From: Thermodesulfobacteriota bacterium
GTDB lineage: Bacteria > Desulfobacterota_D > UBA1144 > Nemesobacterales > UBA2774
Direction: 5' to 3'
Length of the DNA: 64,000 nt
NCBI GenBank assembly: GCA_963422265.1
Contig: OY729416.1
Span: 1,408,001 to 1,472,000 of the forward strand
Shown: in pieces, positions 51,097 to 62,265 of the stretch
How positions within the stretch are numbered: position 1 is the first letter of the stretch
How the letters are laid out: the number at the start of each line of letters is the position of its first letter
Notes under the pieces: generated by a model
What the model was told of the DNA's origin: nothing
Seen by the model: the letters and a program-made list of their open reading frames with translations, nothing else
Database searches by the model: none
Translations under genes and position numbers: made by a program

Positions 51097-53838
51097 TTAT
51101 GGGGAACGCGATAGAACCTCTTTCAAGAACCTAGCCGTATGAGACTGCTGGCTTCTCCTCACAACTTCTTCAGGCGTGCCCTCCGCCACTACGTTCCCTC
51201 CCATTTCACCTCCCTCGAGACCCATATCTATTATATAATCAGCAGACTTTATTACGTCAAGGTTATGCTCAACTACCAAAACGGTATTTCCAGCAACTAC
51301 CAGCTTATTAACAATCTCGAGAAGCTTTTTAACGTCCTCGGCGTGAAGCCCTACAGTCGGCTCATCTAGCACGTAAAGAATATCCTTTCCTCCTTTCCTG
51401 CCGAGTTCTCTGGCAATTTTTATCCTCTGTGCTTCCCCTCCAGATAAGGTAGGGGCCGGCTGTCCTAGCCTTAGATAACCTAGCCCTACGTCCTGAAGGA
51501 TTTTGAGCTTCCTGACTATGGAGGGAAGCTTAGAAAAGAAAGTAATCGCCTCGTTCACGGTGAGAGCGAGAACCTCGTTAATATTCCTATCCTTGTATTT
51601 CACGGACAAGATTTCCTTTCTGAAACGTTCTCCGTCGCATTCCTCGCAAGTAATCAGAACGTCGGCAAGGAAGTGCATTTCTATTTTCTGCCTCCCTTCT
51701 CCCTGACAAGTCTCGCATCTGCCCCCCACTACATTGAAGGAAAAATGAGATGGGGTAAATCCTCTAGACCTAGCATACCAAGTAGCCGCGAATGTTTTTC
51801 TGATTTTATCATAAGCTTTTATGTAAGTAACTGGATTAGACCTACCACTTTTGCCTATTGGATTTTGGTCGAGCATTATGACGTCCGAGACGTGCTGATC
51901 TCCCCTAATCTCCTTATACTTGCCCACGCGCTCGACATCTCCGTGAAACCTCCTTGCCAGAGAAGAATAAAGAACGTCACCTACGAGTGAGCTCTTACCA
52001 GAGCCAGAAACTCCGGTTACACATATAAAAGTCCTAAGTGGAAACGAAACGTTCAAGTTCTTTAAGTTATTTTCCTGCGCCCCAATAATACTAAGACTCT
52101 TACCACTACCCTTTCTTCTCCGTGTGGGGACGGGAATACGCTTCTCTCCCGTTAGATAGAGCTTGGTTAGAGATTGCGGTGTCTTGTTTAATAAACCCTT
52201 TATTCCACCTTCATATGCTACTTCTCCACCCTTTTCTCCGGCATGGGGACCAAGTTCCACTACGTAGTCAGCCGACTTAATCATCTCGAAGTCGTGCTCA
52301 ACGACGACGACCGTGTTATCCCTGTCCCTTAGCTCTTTGATTAACAAGGTTAGACGAGATATATCCCTTGGGTGAAGTCCGATTGAGGGCTCGTCCATAA
52401 TATATAGTGTTTCAGTCAGGGTAGAACCTAATTGACAGGCAAGGCTAACCCTTTGCGACTCGCCTCCCGATAGCGATCGCGATAGTCTTGATAGGGTTAA
52501 GTACTCAAGCCCTACTCTGATCAGGAAATCTATCCTGGAATTGATTTGTTTTAAGATTTCAGAGGCGATGTCGTTTTCATAATCGCTTAATGAAATCTCT
52601 TCAAAAAAAATTTTGAGACCAGTGATTGGCAAGACCGATAACTCGTGTATGTCCTTTTTGTCAACCTTGACCCATAGAGCTTCTTTTTTGAGCCTACTGC
52701 CTCCGCATAGCTCACAATCCACCGCCGAGCGGTATTTGCTTAGAAACGCCCTGACGTGCATTTTATAGCTCTTACGCTCTAAGTAACCGAAAAACCCATC
52801 TATCCCCTTGAATCCATCGTCTCCCTCGAATAAGGCTCGCTTGTCTCTTTTTGAGAGCTTCTTATACGGCTTATTAATATCAATCCCCTTACCTTCGGAA
52901 AAGTTAATGAGTCTTTTTATCCAGGACATGTACGAAGGTTTAGTAAAGGGTTCTATAGCACCTTCCGCAAGGCTTTTCTCAGGATCAGGAACAACTAAGT
53001 CAGGATCGAGCCTAAGGACGTTTCCGAACCCCCTGCACTCATAACACGCCCCCTGGGGGCTGTTGAATGAAAAGAAAAGAGGGTCAGACTCGTCAAAGCG
53101 AGTCTGGCACGTTGGGCACTCAAGCTCTTTAGAGTAATAGAACGCCACACCTTTCATAATGTGGACTTTCGCGTAGCTGCACTCTCTGAACGCAGATTCC
53201 AAGGAATCAACTAAACGGGCAAAGGACTTTTTCTCTAGCGCAATGCGATCTACTAAAACCTCTGAGCCTTTCGGCAGCTCATCTATACCCTCAACCTCTA
53301 TCAACCCCTCGCCTTTTAGGATTCTGACAAAACCTTTGGAAAGAAGCTCTTCTGCAGAGGTGGCTATATTGCGCAATGGGAAGGTTATAAGCGCTCCCTT
53401 CCCCTCATGATTTTTGAGTAAATCCCGTGCTATGTCCTCAGGGGATGACCGTTTCACTTCCGCTTTGCACTTAGGGCAAAAGGTTCTTCCAATCTTTGCG
53501 TATAAAAGCCTCAGATAGTCGTAGATTTCCGTAGTAGTTCCAACGGTGGAACGTGAATTTCTAACCGTGTTCCTACTCTCAATAGCCACTGCAGGGGGAA
53601 GCCCAGATACGTTGTCAACGTCTGGGCGATCAACCCGTTCGAGAAATTGTCTGGCGTAGGTCGATAGACTTTCTATATATCTTCTGAGTCCTTCCGCATA
53701 AAGCGTATCCAAGGCAAGAGACGTCTTGCCCGAGCCGCTCAAGCCCGTAACAACCGTGTAGCTGCGCAGGGGTATTGAGACGTCTATGTTCTTTAGGTTG
53801 TTTTCCCTTGCCCCGCTTATTTTAATTTCGCTATTCAT
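51097..53838 (-). CDS. uvrA: Excinuclease ABC subunit A
   Basis: Two Walker A (GLSGSGKT, GVSGSGKS), zinc fingers, LSGGEAQR. Confidence 0.96.
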   Translation of the reverse strand: MNSEIKISGARENNLKNIDVSIPLRSYTVVTGLSGSGKTSLALDTLYAEGLRRYIESLSTYARQFLERVDRPDVDNVSGLPPAVAIESRNTVRNSRSTVGTTTEIYDYLRLLYAKIGRTFCPKCKAEVKRSSPEDIARDLLKNHEGKGALITFPLRNIATSAEELLSKGFVRILKGEGLIEVEGIDELPKGSEVLVDRIALEKKSFARLVDSLESAFRECSYAKVHIMKGVAFYYSKELECPTCQTRFDESDPLFFSFNSPQGACYECRGFGNVLRLDPDLVVPDPEKSLAEGAIEPFTKPSYMSWIKRLINFSEGKGIDINKPYKKLSKRDKRALFEGDDGFKGIDGFFGYLERKSYKMHVRAFLSKYRSAVDCELCGGSRLKKEALWVKVDKKDIHELSVLPITGLKIFFEEISLSDYENDIASEILKQINSRIDFLIRVGLEYLTLSRLSRSLSGGESQRVSLACQLGSTLTETLYIMDEPSIGLHPRDISRLTLLIKELRDRDNTVVVVEHDFEMIKSADYVVELGPHAGEKGGEVAYEGGIKGLLNKTPQSLTKLYLTGEKRIPVPTRRRKGSGKSLSIIGAQENNLKNLNVSFPLRTFICVTGVSGSGKSSLVGDVLYSSLARRFHGDVERVGKYKEIRGDQHVSDVIMLDQNPIGKSGRSNPVTYIKAYDKIRKTFAATWYARSRGFTPSHFSFNVVGGRCETCQGEGRQKIEMHFLADVLITCEECDGERFRKEILSVKYKDRNINEVLALTVNEAITFFSKLPSIVRKLKILQDVGLGYLRLGQPAPTLSGGEAQRIKIARELGRKGGKDILYVLDEPTVGLHAEDVKKLLEIVNKLVVAGNTVLVVEHNLDVIKSADYIIDMGLEGGEMGGNVVAEGTPEEVVRRSQQSHTARFLKEVLSRSP

Positions 53839-54032
53839 TCAGTATTACTATTTTATCGCCAAAGCTAAAAATTATGGCTTTTTGAAGGGAATCTAACTGG
53901 ATCAAACCCAGCGCAAGCATTGGATAAATCATAGCATAAAGTCTAAGTTAAGCCATTTTTAATCTGCTAGCTAAGTTCAGGGTTCAGAGTCGATTTCTCA
54001 CCGTCATTTCACTGTGGACTTTTGAAATAAAT

Positions 54033-55475
54033 ATGCGTGGCGGTTACTATGGAAGTCTCAATATGAGCAATATGAGAAGGTATTTATTTGCTTTACTCGC
54101 TTTAATCCTCTCAATCACCTTAAGTGACAGTAATGCTAGTTTGGCTAGCGCGTTATATGCGTCCCAGATTGAGTCTTTGGTGCCCAAGGAAGCGAGAAAC
54201 AATGGAAAGCTCGGCGTAGTCGTCAGATCGCTCACGACGGGAGAGACCATATTTGAGCACAATCCTCAAAAGCTATTTATACCTGCTTCTAACGGCAAGA
54301 TAGTAACGTCCGTCGCAGCGTTAGCTCTTTTAGGCAACGACTACAGATTCAAGACAGAATTCTATTCAGGAGGGGTTATACGGGAAGGTGTTCTTTACGG
54401 TGGGCTTTACGTTAAGGGCTATGGAGACCCAACCTTTGCTAAAGAGCATTTAGATAGTGTAGCTTCCTATTTCAAGAGAATAGGCATTAAAAGCATAAAA
54501 GGCGGAATCATCCTAGATGACTCTTATTTTAGTGCTATAAGGTATCCAAAGGGATGGAAAGAAGGTTGGAAGAAGGACTTCTACGGGGCGCCTATAAGTG
54601 CTTTATCTTATAACTACAACGTAATTGAGCTTAAAATTTCTTCTTCAACAACAAGTAGCAAACCTAAGGTCGAGATTGTCCCGATGGGGGCAAACGTCAG
54701 CGTTATCAACAAGGTGCTTACAAGTAGAAAGGGGGGCTTCCTCAAAGCTACTTGGCAAAACCGCAGGACTATTCTGCTCAAGGGCAAGGTCAAGAGCAGG
54801 TCCAGTTTTAGCCTAAAACTCCCAGCTCAGAACCCCACTCTATTTACAGGCGACGTAATAAGGAGCGCACTAGCGAGAGCGGGGATCAAGGTCGAGGGAC
54901 ATCTGATCATGGGCGCGGTGCCAACGTCGGCAAATCTATTCTATACTCATTACTCTGAGACGCTTTCTTCAATCATGACTGCATACAACAAAAATAGCAT
55001 TAACATTATAGGCGAAAACATCATTAAAGCCCTTGGGGCGGAACGCAAAGGGGCGCCCGGAACCTGGGACAAGGGATCCGAATCTATATCCGAATTTTTG
55101 AACGAGGTAGGAATCAAAAATGGATTTAAGATAGTTGACGGGTCAGGACTCTCCCTTGAAAACAGGATGTCTCCGGAGGTGCTCACCGACGTTCTTAGCT
55201 ACGCGTATAGGAATCTGGCGCTAGCCTCCATTTTCATAGATTCCCTTCCTATAGCTGGCGTGGACGGCACGCTCGAGAAGAGATTTAGGGCAACCGAGAT
55301 TAAGGGTAGGGTCAGGGCGAAGACGGGTTATTTAAAGAACGTCAGAACCCTTTCTGGATACGTTTTCACTAAGCAGGGAGACGTGTTGGCATTTTCCATT
55401 CTCGCAAATGGACTCGGAGTCAAGACAAAAGAGTTTCAACGCAATCTGCTGAGTAAACTGACGAACTGCTGTTAA
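54033..55475 (+). CDS. dacB: D-Ala-D-Ala carboxypeptidase/endopeptidase PBP4
   Basis: PASNGK, GYGDP, SIN, DGSGLS, AKTG. Confidence 0.92.
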   Translation: MRGGYYGSLNMSNMRRYLFALLALILSITLSDSNASLASALYASQIESLVPKEARNNGKLGVVVRSLTTGETIFEHNPQKLFIPASNGKIVTSVAALALLGNDYRFKTEFYSGGVIREGVLYGGLYVKGYGDPTFAKEHLDSVASYFKRIGIKSIKGGIILDDSYFSAIRYPKGWKEGWKKDFYGAPISALSYNYNVIELKISSSTTSSKPKVEIVPMGANVSVINKVLTSRKGGFLKATWQNRRTILLKGKVKSRSSFSLKLPAQNPTLFTGDVIRSALARAGIKVEGHLIMGAVPTSANLFYTHYSETLSSIMTAYNKNSINIIGENIIKALGAERKGAPGTWDKGSESISEFLNEVGIKNGFKIVDGSGLSLENRMSPEVLTDVLSYAYRNLALASIFIDSLPIAGVDGTLEKRFRATEIKGRVRAKTGYLKNVRTLSGYVFTKQGDVLAFSILANGLGVKTKEFQRNLLSKLTNCC

Positions 55476-55579
55476 TCTAAGTGATTAACAGTTAGAAAAA
55501 TCATATTAAGTCGTCCCCCTAGTGAAATTAAAATAGTAGAAGCTGCGTAAGGGCAATCACGTAGCTTACCGCTACTTTA

Positions 55580-55789
55580 CTAACGTAAAAGTCTTAGGGG
55601 TAATTTTAGCAAGTAGAGGATTACGGCAGGTTTTAGGAACATAGAGGCAAACTGCCATAAATCCGCAGGGGTCATGTAGATTTTGGAATCCCAAACACCC
55701 ATTTGTCCGGTTAGAACAACAAACTCTCCCTCTACAGCAGCATCCTTAACCTTGATCTCAAAATCTCCTGCTTCACTGCTGACTTTCAT
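55580..55789 (-). CDS. Small hypothetical protein
   Basis: 69 aa with GGAGG RBS, directly downstream of aroE. Confidence 0.7.
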   Translation of the reverse strand: MKVSSEAGDFEIKVKDAAVEGEFVVLTGQMGVWDSKIYMTPADLWQFASMFLKPAVILYLLKLPLRLLR

Positions 55790-55804
55790 AACACCTCCGA
55801 TCTA

Positions 55805-56653
55805 CTAAACAAGCGCTTTCATCATAATATCAACTGGGGCACCCCTACCAGTCCAAATCTCAAAACTTCCTACTCCCTGATAGAGCAACATGCTAATCCC
55901 CCCAGAGGCTTTGTATCCCAGCTCTTTCGCCTCTTTCAAAAGGCTTGTTTCCTTTGGCTTATATACTAGGTCATACACGGCTGCGCCCTTTTTAAGGCTC
56001 GGAAGCGGTATATCTAAAGCTCCCACTCCATCCATGCCCGCAGGAGATGCGTTTACTAGGAAGTCAGTCTCCTTGAGCTTACTTTCTATCACGCCTCGAT
56101 TTTGAATCTCTATAGACTCAACATTTACATCGTGGAAATTCGCGCTAAATTCGTTTGCAAGGTCAGCGGCTTTTTCCCTTATTATATCAGTTACGTAGAT
56201 TACAGAGGCTTCTCTGTTACAGCATCCGGACAGAACAGCTCGGGCAGCTCCTCCAGCGCCGACCAGAAAAACCGTCTTCCCTTTGGGGCTAAAATCTAAA
56301 TCCTCTTTTATTGCTCTAAGAAATCCCCCCACGTCAGTATTATAGCCCGACAGCTTGCCGTCTTCGTTCTTAACGGTATTGACGGCTCCAGTAAGCTTAG
56401 CGTCAGGGGATATTTCATCCAGAAAGGGCATTATCGCCTGCTTATGCGGAATAGTAGCGTTGATTCCCTTTATTCCCATTAGCCTTATGAAGTGAACGGC
56501 GTCTTCAATATTCTCAGGGGCTATATCAAAAGCCACATATATGGAGTCGAGCCCAAGGGCGTCAAATGCCCCGTTATGCATATTAGGAGACAAGCTATGT
56601 CTGACTGGATGCCCAAAAATCCCGTAAACGTCCGTAGTAGCCTTCACTTTCAC
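55805..56653 (-). CDS. aroE: Shikimate dehydrogenase
   Basis: HSLSP.MHN, N.TIPHK, GAVNT, NTD, GAGGAARA. Confidence 0.96.
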   Translation of the reverse strand: MKVKATTDVYGIFGHPVRHSLSPNMHNGAFDALGLDSIYVAFDIAPENIEDAVHFIRLMGIKGINATIPHKQAIMPFLDEISPDAKLTGAVNTVKNEDGKLSGYNTDVGGFLRAIKEDLDFSPKGKTVFLVGAGGAARAVLSGCCNREASVIYVTDIIREKAADLANEFSANFHDVNVESIEIQNRGVIESKLKETDFLVNASPAGMDGVGALDIPLPSLKKGAAVYDLVYKPKETSLLKEAKELGYKASGGISMLLYQGVGSFEIWTGRGAPVDIMMKALV

Positions 56654-56797
56654 AATAGTTGCCTCAGTTACCCTTACCCAATTAGTTGCCCCTCATCGCA
56701 TTTCCTAATTTTCATCCAACGTATTTCATCTAACTGTCTAAGAAAACTAGACCCTACTTATGTATTATTGTGAATTTCAATCTGTAATTATATTTGG

Positions 56798-57715
56798 CTA
56801 ATTGCTCAACAGCAATCTCTTTACATTCTGAACGTCCTTTTTTATTTGTTGAACAAGTGCATACGCTCCATTAAACTTCCTCTCGTCCCTTACCCTGTCA
56901 ACAAACTCTATCCTTATCCTTTTGTCGTAAATATCTTTATTAAAATCAAGGACGTGGATCTCTATCAGAAGCTCATTATTCCCAAACGTAGGGCGGTAGC
57001 CTACGTTAGTTATACTGTTCAATACCGCGCCATCTACGTGGGCTAAGGTAGCGTAAACGCCGACTTTCGGGAGAACATCCCAGTCCGTATCTAAATTAGC
57101 CGTTGGAAATCCTATACGTCTTCCCCTTCTTTCACCAATCTTGACCCGCCCATCAATAGAGAAATTATAACCCAAGAACCTCTCCGCCTTTTTGACGTTC
57201 CCCTCTCTTATCAAATTCCTTATTGCGGTGCTGCTCACTACTTCATCGTCAATACGAGCGGGATCTATCACCATAGTGTCAAAGTCGTGTTGCTCTCCCA
57301 TAATCTTAAGGAGGTTGATGTTGCCCTGTCTTTTGCTACCAAAAGAAAAATCTTGCCCAACTACCAGATGCCTGACGTTAAGCTTGCCGACTAAGACATC
57401 GGACACAAAGTCTTCCGCCGATATTTTCGCAATCTCCTTTGTGAACGTATAGCAAACAACTAAGTCAACACCTTCTCTCTCAAGCAGTTTTAACCTCTCT
57501 ATCATTGGGGCTAAGAGTGGCACGTCTATATTCCTTAAAACCTTCTGCGGATGGGGATGGAAACTTATAATGCAGGGGGTAAGCTCCCCCTGTCGGGCTT
57601 TTTCCTTAACGGCTTTGATTATTCTCTTGTGCCCTATGTGCACGCCGTCAAAGTTTCCTATGGTGGTGGACGTGCGTGTCTCTATAGGCTCGTCCGGATC
57701 TACAATTACTTTCAT
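56798..57715 (-). CDS. ribF: Bifunctional riboflavin kinase/FAD synthetase
   Basis: GNFDGVHIGH, SSTAIR, GFPTAN, G.RPTF. Confidence 0.96.
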   Translation of the reverse strand: MKVIVDPDEPIETRTSTTIGNFDGVHIGHKRIIKAVKEKARQGELTPCIISFHPHPQKVLRNIDVPLLAPMIERLKLLEREGVDLVVCYTFTKEIAKISAEDFVSDVLVGKLNVRHLVVGQDFSFGSKRQGNINLLKIMGEQHDFDTMVIDPARIDDEVVSSTAIRNLIREGNVKKAERFLGYNFSIDGRVKIGERRGRRIGFPTANLDTDWDVLPKVGVYATLAHVDGAVLNSITNVGYRPTFGNNELLIEIHVLDFNKDIYDKRIRIEFVDRVRDERKFNGAYALVQQIKKDVQNVKRLLLSN

Positions 57716-57973
57716 GTTTCAGAATTCGCTACCGCGGCGCACTTACCTTATACTATAACATACAGAACATTACACCATAACTGCTCAAAAGTAAAACGTT
57801 TGAAGGGGCTTATACCTGTTGAGTCCATACGTCAGATGGACGATACGCGGATGTATTCCCGCACTGCAGGTTTACGGTTCCCCACTCGATGAACGCGGAT
57901 ATTATCTCGCTCGCGTTGTGGACTTGAAAACCCCGCTTCACTAATTCAAAACAATTTGCTATAATAGGATAGT

Positions 57974-58900
57974 TTGTTATGTAGCCGAAAAACAGTAGAG
58001 GAGGTTCCAAAATTGTCTAAGCGGTTTTTGGCCGCTTTAATAGTGATAGGGTTGCTATCGGCAACAAACGCCTTTGCTAGAGAGGGTCTATACTTTGGTG
58101 CCGATATTGGGGCGGCCATACCACAGAAGCTGAACTCCAGCCACAGAGACACGGATGTTCCGACGAACTGCGATCAGCTCCTAACATCCTGGGGAAAGAT
58201 ACTTTCATTGAAGGACGATAAATGCAAACGCGGGCAGGATAAATGGACTAATAGCTTTGATCTTGGAACTGGTATCCTAGCAGGCGTCAATCTCGGTTAC
58301 TCTTTGCGCAAACTCCGCGTAGAGGCTGAATACTTTCACCGGGGGCAGAGCGGCGAAATCTCAAAGATTGACACGATCACGGTGGGAAACAAGAATGCTG
58401 AGTTCGTCAACGCCGACGGAAGGATCAGCGACCTTCGTGGAAATCACTTTTTCGCAAATCTCTACTATGACTTTCAAAACTTATCATCAACTAGAATGAT
58501 ACCTTACGTAGGTGCTGGCGTCGGCTTTACGTATGTCAAAATGGACTTTTCCGAGAGATTCATAAGAAGCTCAGACCGTGGTTACATAGAAGAAATAGGA
58601 AGGAACCCTAACGCAGCGGGCACTGCTACGCTAGCCGACCATGAGTTGTCTGATACCTTGTTCGGCTATCAGTTGATGGCAGGTTTTGATTATGCGTTAA
58701 GCGAGTGGTTTTATGTGGGAGTGAAGTCACGCTACGGAGATTACTTTGGGGATTTCAAAGATGGCAACGCCTGGGATCAGTTGAGAAGCCATGAATCTAG
58801 GTTTGAAGAGAGCGGGGACATCGTCCGCTACAGGTTTAAGACGAATGATCTACGCTTCTGGGGTGTTTCACTGAACCTCAAGTATTTTTTTGAGATCTGA
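57974..58900 (+). CDS. Outer-membrane beta-barrel protein (opacity/P44-Msp2-like)
   Basis: Signal peptide, RVEAEY, ANLYYDF, PYVGAGVG, YQLMAG..Y; likely start TTG near 58013. Confidence 0.8.
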   Translation: MLCSRKTVEEVPKLSKRFLAALIVIGLLSATNAFAREGLYFGADIGAAIPQKLNSSHRDTDVPTNCDQLLTSWGKILSLKDDKCKRGQDKWTNSFDLGTGILAGVNLGYSLRKLRVEAEYFHRGQSGEISKIDTITVGNKNAEFVNADGRISDLRGNHFFANLYYDFQNLSSTRMIPYVGAGVGFTYVKMDFSERFIRSSDRGYIEEIGRNPNAAGTATLADHELSDTLFGYQLMAGFDYALSEWFYVGVKSRYGDYFGDFKDGNAWDQLRSHESRFEESGDIVRYRFKTNDLRFWGVSLNLKYFFEI

Positions 58901-58920
58901 CGCGGGCTAGGTGTAGTGAT

Positions 58921-59670
58921 ATGGAGTCAGTCACCGTTAGAACTTTAACGATGTTTCCTAGTAAGAGTAAGGTGAGCGTTCTTTTAGGGGATGCAAACGA
59001 ACTCATAAAGGAGATAGACAGTAATTCAGTAGATTTGATCGCTACCGATCCACCTTATGAAATCAACTTTGAGAATAATGACTGGGATGAGCCTAATTCC
59101 TTAAACTGGCACTACTTAGCCAGTGAATTCAAGAGAGTATTAAAACCTGATGGGAGTCTGATAGTATTTCAGGGCTGGTCTCAAGTATGTAACACCAAAG
59201 CTGTATTGGATAATTACTTTACAATAAAGAATTGGATTATCTATGACAGGGTAAAGGGCAGGGGCGCTAAAACTAATCTGGTATCTACTAGAGAAGATAT
59301 TTTATGGTATGTAGTAGATGATAGTAACTATACTTATAATAAAGTTAGATCTAACATAAAGAAAAAGACTGGCGGTATGGGGATAAAAAATGGTAATGAA
59401 TATAGGGCATTATCTAATGTATGGACAGATATATCTCCTATTGTCCCTTGGTCCGCGGAGAGAGTATCCCATCCTACGCAAAAGCCATTAGAATTAATGA
59501 CAAGAATTATTGAAATATATTCTAATGAGGGTGATATGGTATTGGACCCGTTTTGCGGAAGTGGAACGTCAGCGGTGGCTTCTAAAATTTTACACAGGCA
59601 ATTTCTTGGTTTTGAGCGTGATAAAGCCTACTATGAGATAAGCAAAAACAGAGTAGATAATTGTGAATGA
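58921..59670 (+). CDS. DNA amino-methyltransferase (beta class)
   Basis: TDPPY, HPTQKPLEL, DPFCGSGT. Confidence 0.92.
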   Translation: MESVTVRTLTMFPSKSKVSVLLGDANELIKEIDSNSVDLIATDPPYEINFENNDWDEPNSLNWHYLASEFKRVLKPDGSLIVFQGWSQVCNTKAVLDNYFTIKNWIIYDRVKGRGAKTNLVSTREDILWYVVDDSNYTYNKVRSNIKKKTGGMGIKNGNEYRALSNVWTDISPIVPWSAERVSHPTQKPLELMTRIIEIYSNEGDMVLDPFCGSGTSAVASKILHRQFLGFERDKAYYEISKNRVDNCE

Positions 59671-60216
59671 TAGCTTCAGAGATGGAATAATAAATCTTCA
59701 TACCCGGCAGTTTGGCAAAGTAGTCGAACTGATAGTTCAATTACTCAGGGATTATCAAGACAGTAATCAGTTGGATTTTGATTTGTTTGATCCAGACACC
59801 AATAAACATATAGAAGTAAAATCATCAAGGGTATTTAAAGAAAACAGATTAGAGTTAGAGTTAAGCAATCTATATGCACTAATTGTTAATAATTCTAATA
59901 GAAATAGGCTGCTGAAGCAGAATCAGGCGACTGATGTAAAATTTGATGTAATATACAGCAGATAAAAATAGAGTTGTTTGATACAATGTATTACCTGTTA
60001 TTTTTTTACGATATTATAGAGATATTTAAAATTGACAGTAAGCAGGTAAAGAAAGATAGAAACCTCAATTACAGAAACAAGCAGCACAGAGGTAATGAAG
60101 GGGAAGGTCAATTTCATATCAATCAAAATAATTACCAGTATCATAAAAACAACTATTTTTTACAGTCTGTTACTTATGAAAAGATAAAAGAGCTATTACT
60201 AAAGAGGGTTAAATAG
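59663..60216 (+). pseudogene. Putative type II restriction endonuclease, frameshifted
   Basis: FDLFD....IEVKSS PD-(D/E)xK-like motif; restoring one T near 59947 gives continuous KFDCNIQQIKIELFDTMYY. Confidence 0.75.
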
Positions 60217-60321
60217 TAGCACCTAAGTAAAAAACGAGCAAAGAAACTGAAGATAAGCCAAAGCTGACTTTTCAAATCAGAACCCTAAAGGCACAGTAAA
60301 ATATGAAGAAACAGAAATAAA

Positions 60322-60399
60322 TGGTAGCCCCTACGGGATTTGAACCCGTGTTTTAGCCTTGAGAGGGCTACGTCCTGGGCCAGGCTAGACGAAGGGGCC
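60322..60399 (-). tRNA. tRNA-Glu(CTC)
   Basis: GGCCCCT acceptor, TAGCC-CTCTCAA-GGCTA anticodon arm, GGTTCAAATCC T-loop, encoded CCA. Confidence 0.96.
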
Positions 60400-60479
60400 T
60401 TACGCTAAATTTAGAGTATAAAATCTATCACAAGTAATAAAGAAAAGCAAAGAGGCAAAAGCATCTTGAGCACGGGCGA

Positions 60480-61037
60480 TCAGCCTTCTCTTTTCAACTG
60501 TTTTTTAAAACGCTTAAAATTCTTTACGTAATGATCCGCTGAGAACCTTAAATCTTCTATCTCTTGCGGCGTTACGTTCCTAATAACCCTACCGGGCGAG
60601 CCTAAAACCATTGAATTATCGGGAATAACCTTTCCCTGCGTAATTAGGCAATTAGCCCCGATTATACAGTTATCGCCGATCTCGGCGTTGTTTAATATGA
60701 CGGCGTTAATTCCAACTAGGCTATTATCCCCTACCTTGCACCCGTGCAGCATCGCATTATGCCCCACCGTTACCCCATTTCCTACGTGAGCGGTAATTCC
60801 TTCATCGGTATGAATCACAACCCCATCCTGAATATTTGTATTTTCTTCTATTGTAATCAGATCGTCATCGCCCCTTATCACCGCCCCAAACCAGACGCTT
60901 ACGTTATTATGAATAATCACCGAGCCTATTACTACAGCACTATCTGCTATGAAATAATCTTTTCCTATAATACGGACACGCCTTTCACCGAGTGAGTAGG
61001 GCAATTGTTTCTTCCTCCTTATATCAGTCTGTGCCAA
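60480..61037 (-). CDS. Gamma carbonic anhydrase family protein
   Basis: VIRGD, TNIQDG..IH, TVGH.AMLHGC; hexapeptide repeats. Confidence 0.92.
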   Translation of the reverse strand: MAQTDIRRKKQLPYSLGERRVRIIGKDYFIADSAVVIGSVIIHNNVSVWFGAVIRGDDDLITIEENTNIQDGVVIHTDEGITAHVGNGVTVGHNAMLHGCKVGDNSLVGINAVILNNAEIGDNCIIGANCLITQGKVIPDNSMVLGSPGRVIRNVTPQEIEDLRFSADHYVKNFKRFKKQLKREG

Positions 61038-62008
61038 CCCCTTATTCCTCTCACCAAAAACACTTCAAAAGTAGGGCTGACTTGCAGATATTGATATACT
61101 TCGTTCGCTTCTTTCTCGTCCGTAAAAGCTGCAAACACTGCGGAGCCACTTCCCGTCATCTGAATGTTCTGAGCCCCCAACGACTCAAACACTCGTCTAT
61201 AAGCCATTATCTGCGGGTAAAGCTCGCTTGCGGGCGACTCAAGATCATTTTTAAGGGGAAGAGTACCGTTTTTGCTATTTGCAAAGCGCCCCTGTTTGTA
61301 ATCAGGACGCCATTTAGCAATCTCCGCGTGGCGCCCTGAGTTGGTGGTCTTTAGATGCGGTTGATGATCGCCTCTTCTAGCGTTTTGCTCGTCCCATTTC
61401 ATATAAACTTCTTTGGTGGATACATGGAGATTGGGATATATAATAACGTAGAAAAACAGGGGAAAATCCTTTAGCGGCGTTACTCTCTCGCCTACGCCCT
61501 CGACCAGAGCCGTTGCTGAATTGATAAAGAACGCTACGTCGGAACCTATTTGGCTCGCTAGGCTAAATAACACCTCGTCGGTGAGCGCCGAGGAGAGCTT
61601 GTTCAAGCCTACCAGGACGGAGGCGGCGTTACCGCTTCCCCCACCTAATCCCGCCCCTAAAGGGATTTTCTTTTTTATGAATACGTTTACGCTTAGTCTA
61701 AGACCACTTTGTCTAAGAAAGAGCTCCGCTGCCTTATAAGCTAGGTTGTCCTCATTATCCGGAAGTTTAATCCCGCTTGAATCAATCTTGATACTTCCCC
61801 CTTCTACAAGCGGCCCGGACATGCTCACTAACCGCTCAGGACGACGCCCCTTATCTATATCTATAACTACCTCATCAAAGAGATCTACTGGCTGCATTAT
61901 AGATCTTACATTGTGATAGCCATCCGATCTGACACCTAGTATCTCCAAGGTCAAATTAACTTTTGCAGGGGAAAGAAGCGTTACTTTAGCCACGGCAATA
62001 TTGAACAA
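61019..62008 (-). CDS. ispE: 4-diphosphocytidyl-2-C-methyl-D-erythritol kinase
   Basis: [37 protein letters not shown]. Confidence 0.95.
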   Translation of the reverse strand: MFNIAVAKVTLLSPAKVNLTLEILGVRSDGYHNVRSIMQPVDLFDEVVIDIDKGRRPERLVSMSGPLVEGGSIKIDSSGIKLPDNEDNLAYKAAELFLRQSGLRLSVNVFIKKKIPLGAGLGGGSGNAASVLVGLNKLSSALTDEVLFSLASQIGSDVAFFINSATALVEGVGERVTPLKDFPLFFYVIIYPNLHVSTKEVYMKWDEQNARRGDHQPHLKTTNSGRHAEIAKWRPDYKQGRFANSKNGTLPLKNDLESPASELYPQIMAYRRVFESLGAQNIQMTGSGSAVFAAFTDEKEANEVYQYLQVSPTFEVFLVRGIRGWHRLI

Positions 62009-62230
62009 ATATTACATATAACTAGATTTTAGCAAATACTACTAAGTAGTGCTCGTTGTTCTCCTTCACATATAATATGCTCCCAATTTCTTAGTAGTTT
62101 TTTAAGTTGTCAACTTAAATTTTATGGAAGGAATGTGGCGAGGGGGCATAAAAGCGTAGTAATTGCAACAAGTTATAACTATATACGATGCCATAGGGAA
62201 ATTATTTCCAAATTGATATTAAAATAACCC

Positions 62231-62259
62231 TTGACTTTCAAAGTATTATGCTTTATTTT
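62231..62259 (+). promoter_or_regulatory. Putative sigma70 promoter
   Basis: TTGACT-17nt-TATTTT. Confidence 0.55.
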
Positions 62260-62265
62260 TATATC

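Noticed and set aside
57720-57970. att-site duplicate of the tRNA-Glu 3' end
   Set aside because: No copy of TGGTAGCCCCTACGGG seen at the left side of the islet
59940-59975. Programmed frameshift or phase variation in the endonuclease
   Set aside because: No homopolymer, short tandem repeat or slippery heptamer at the break
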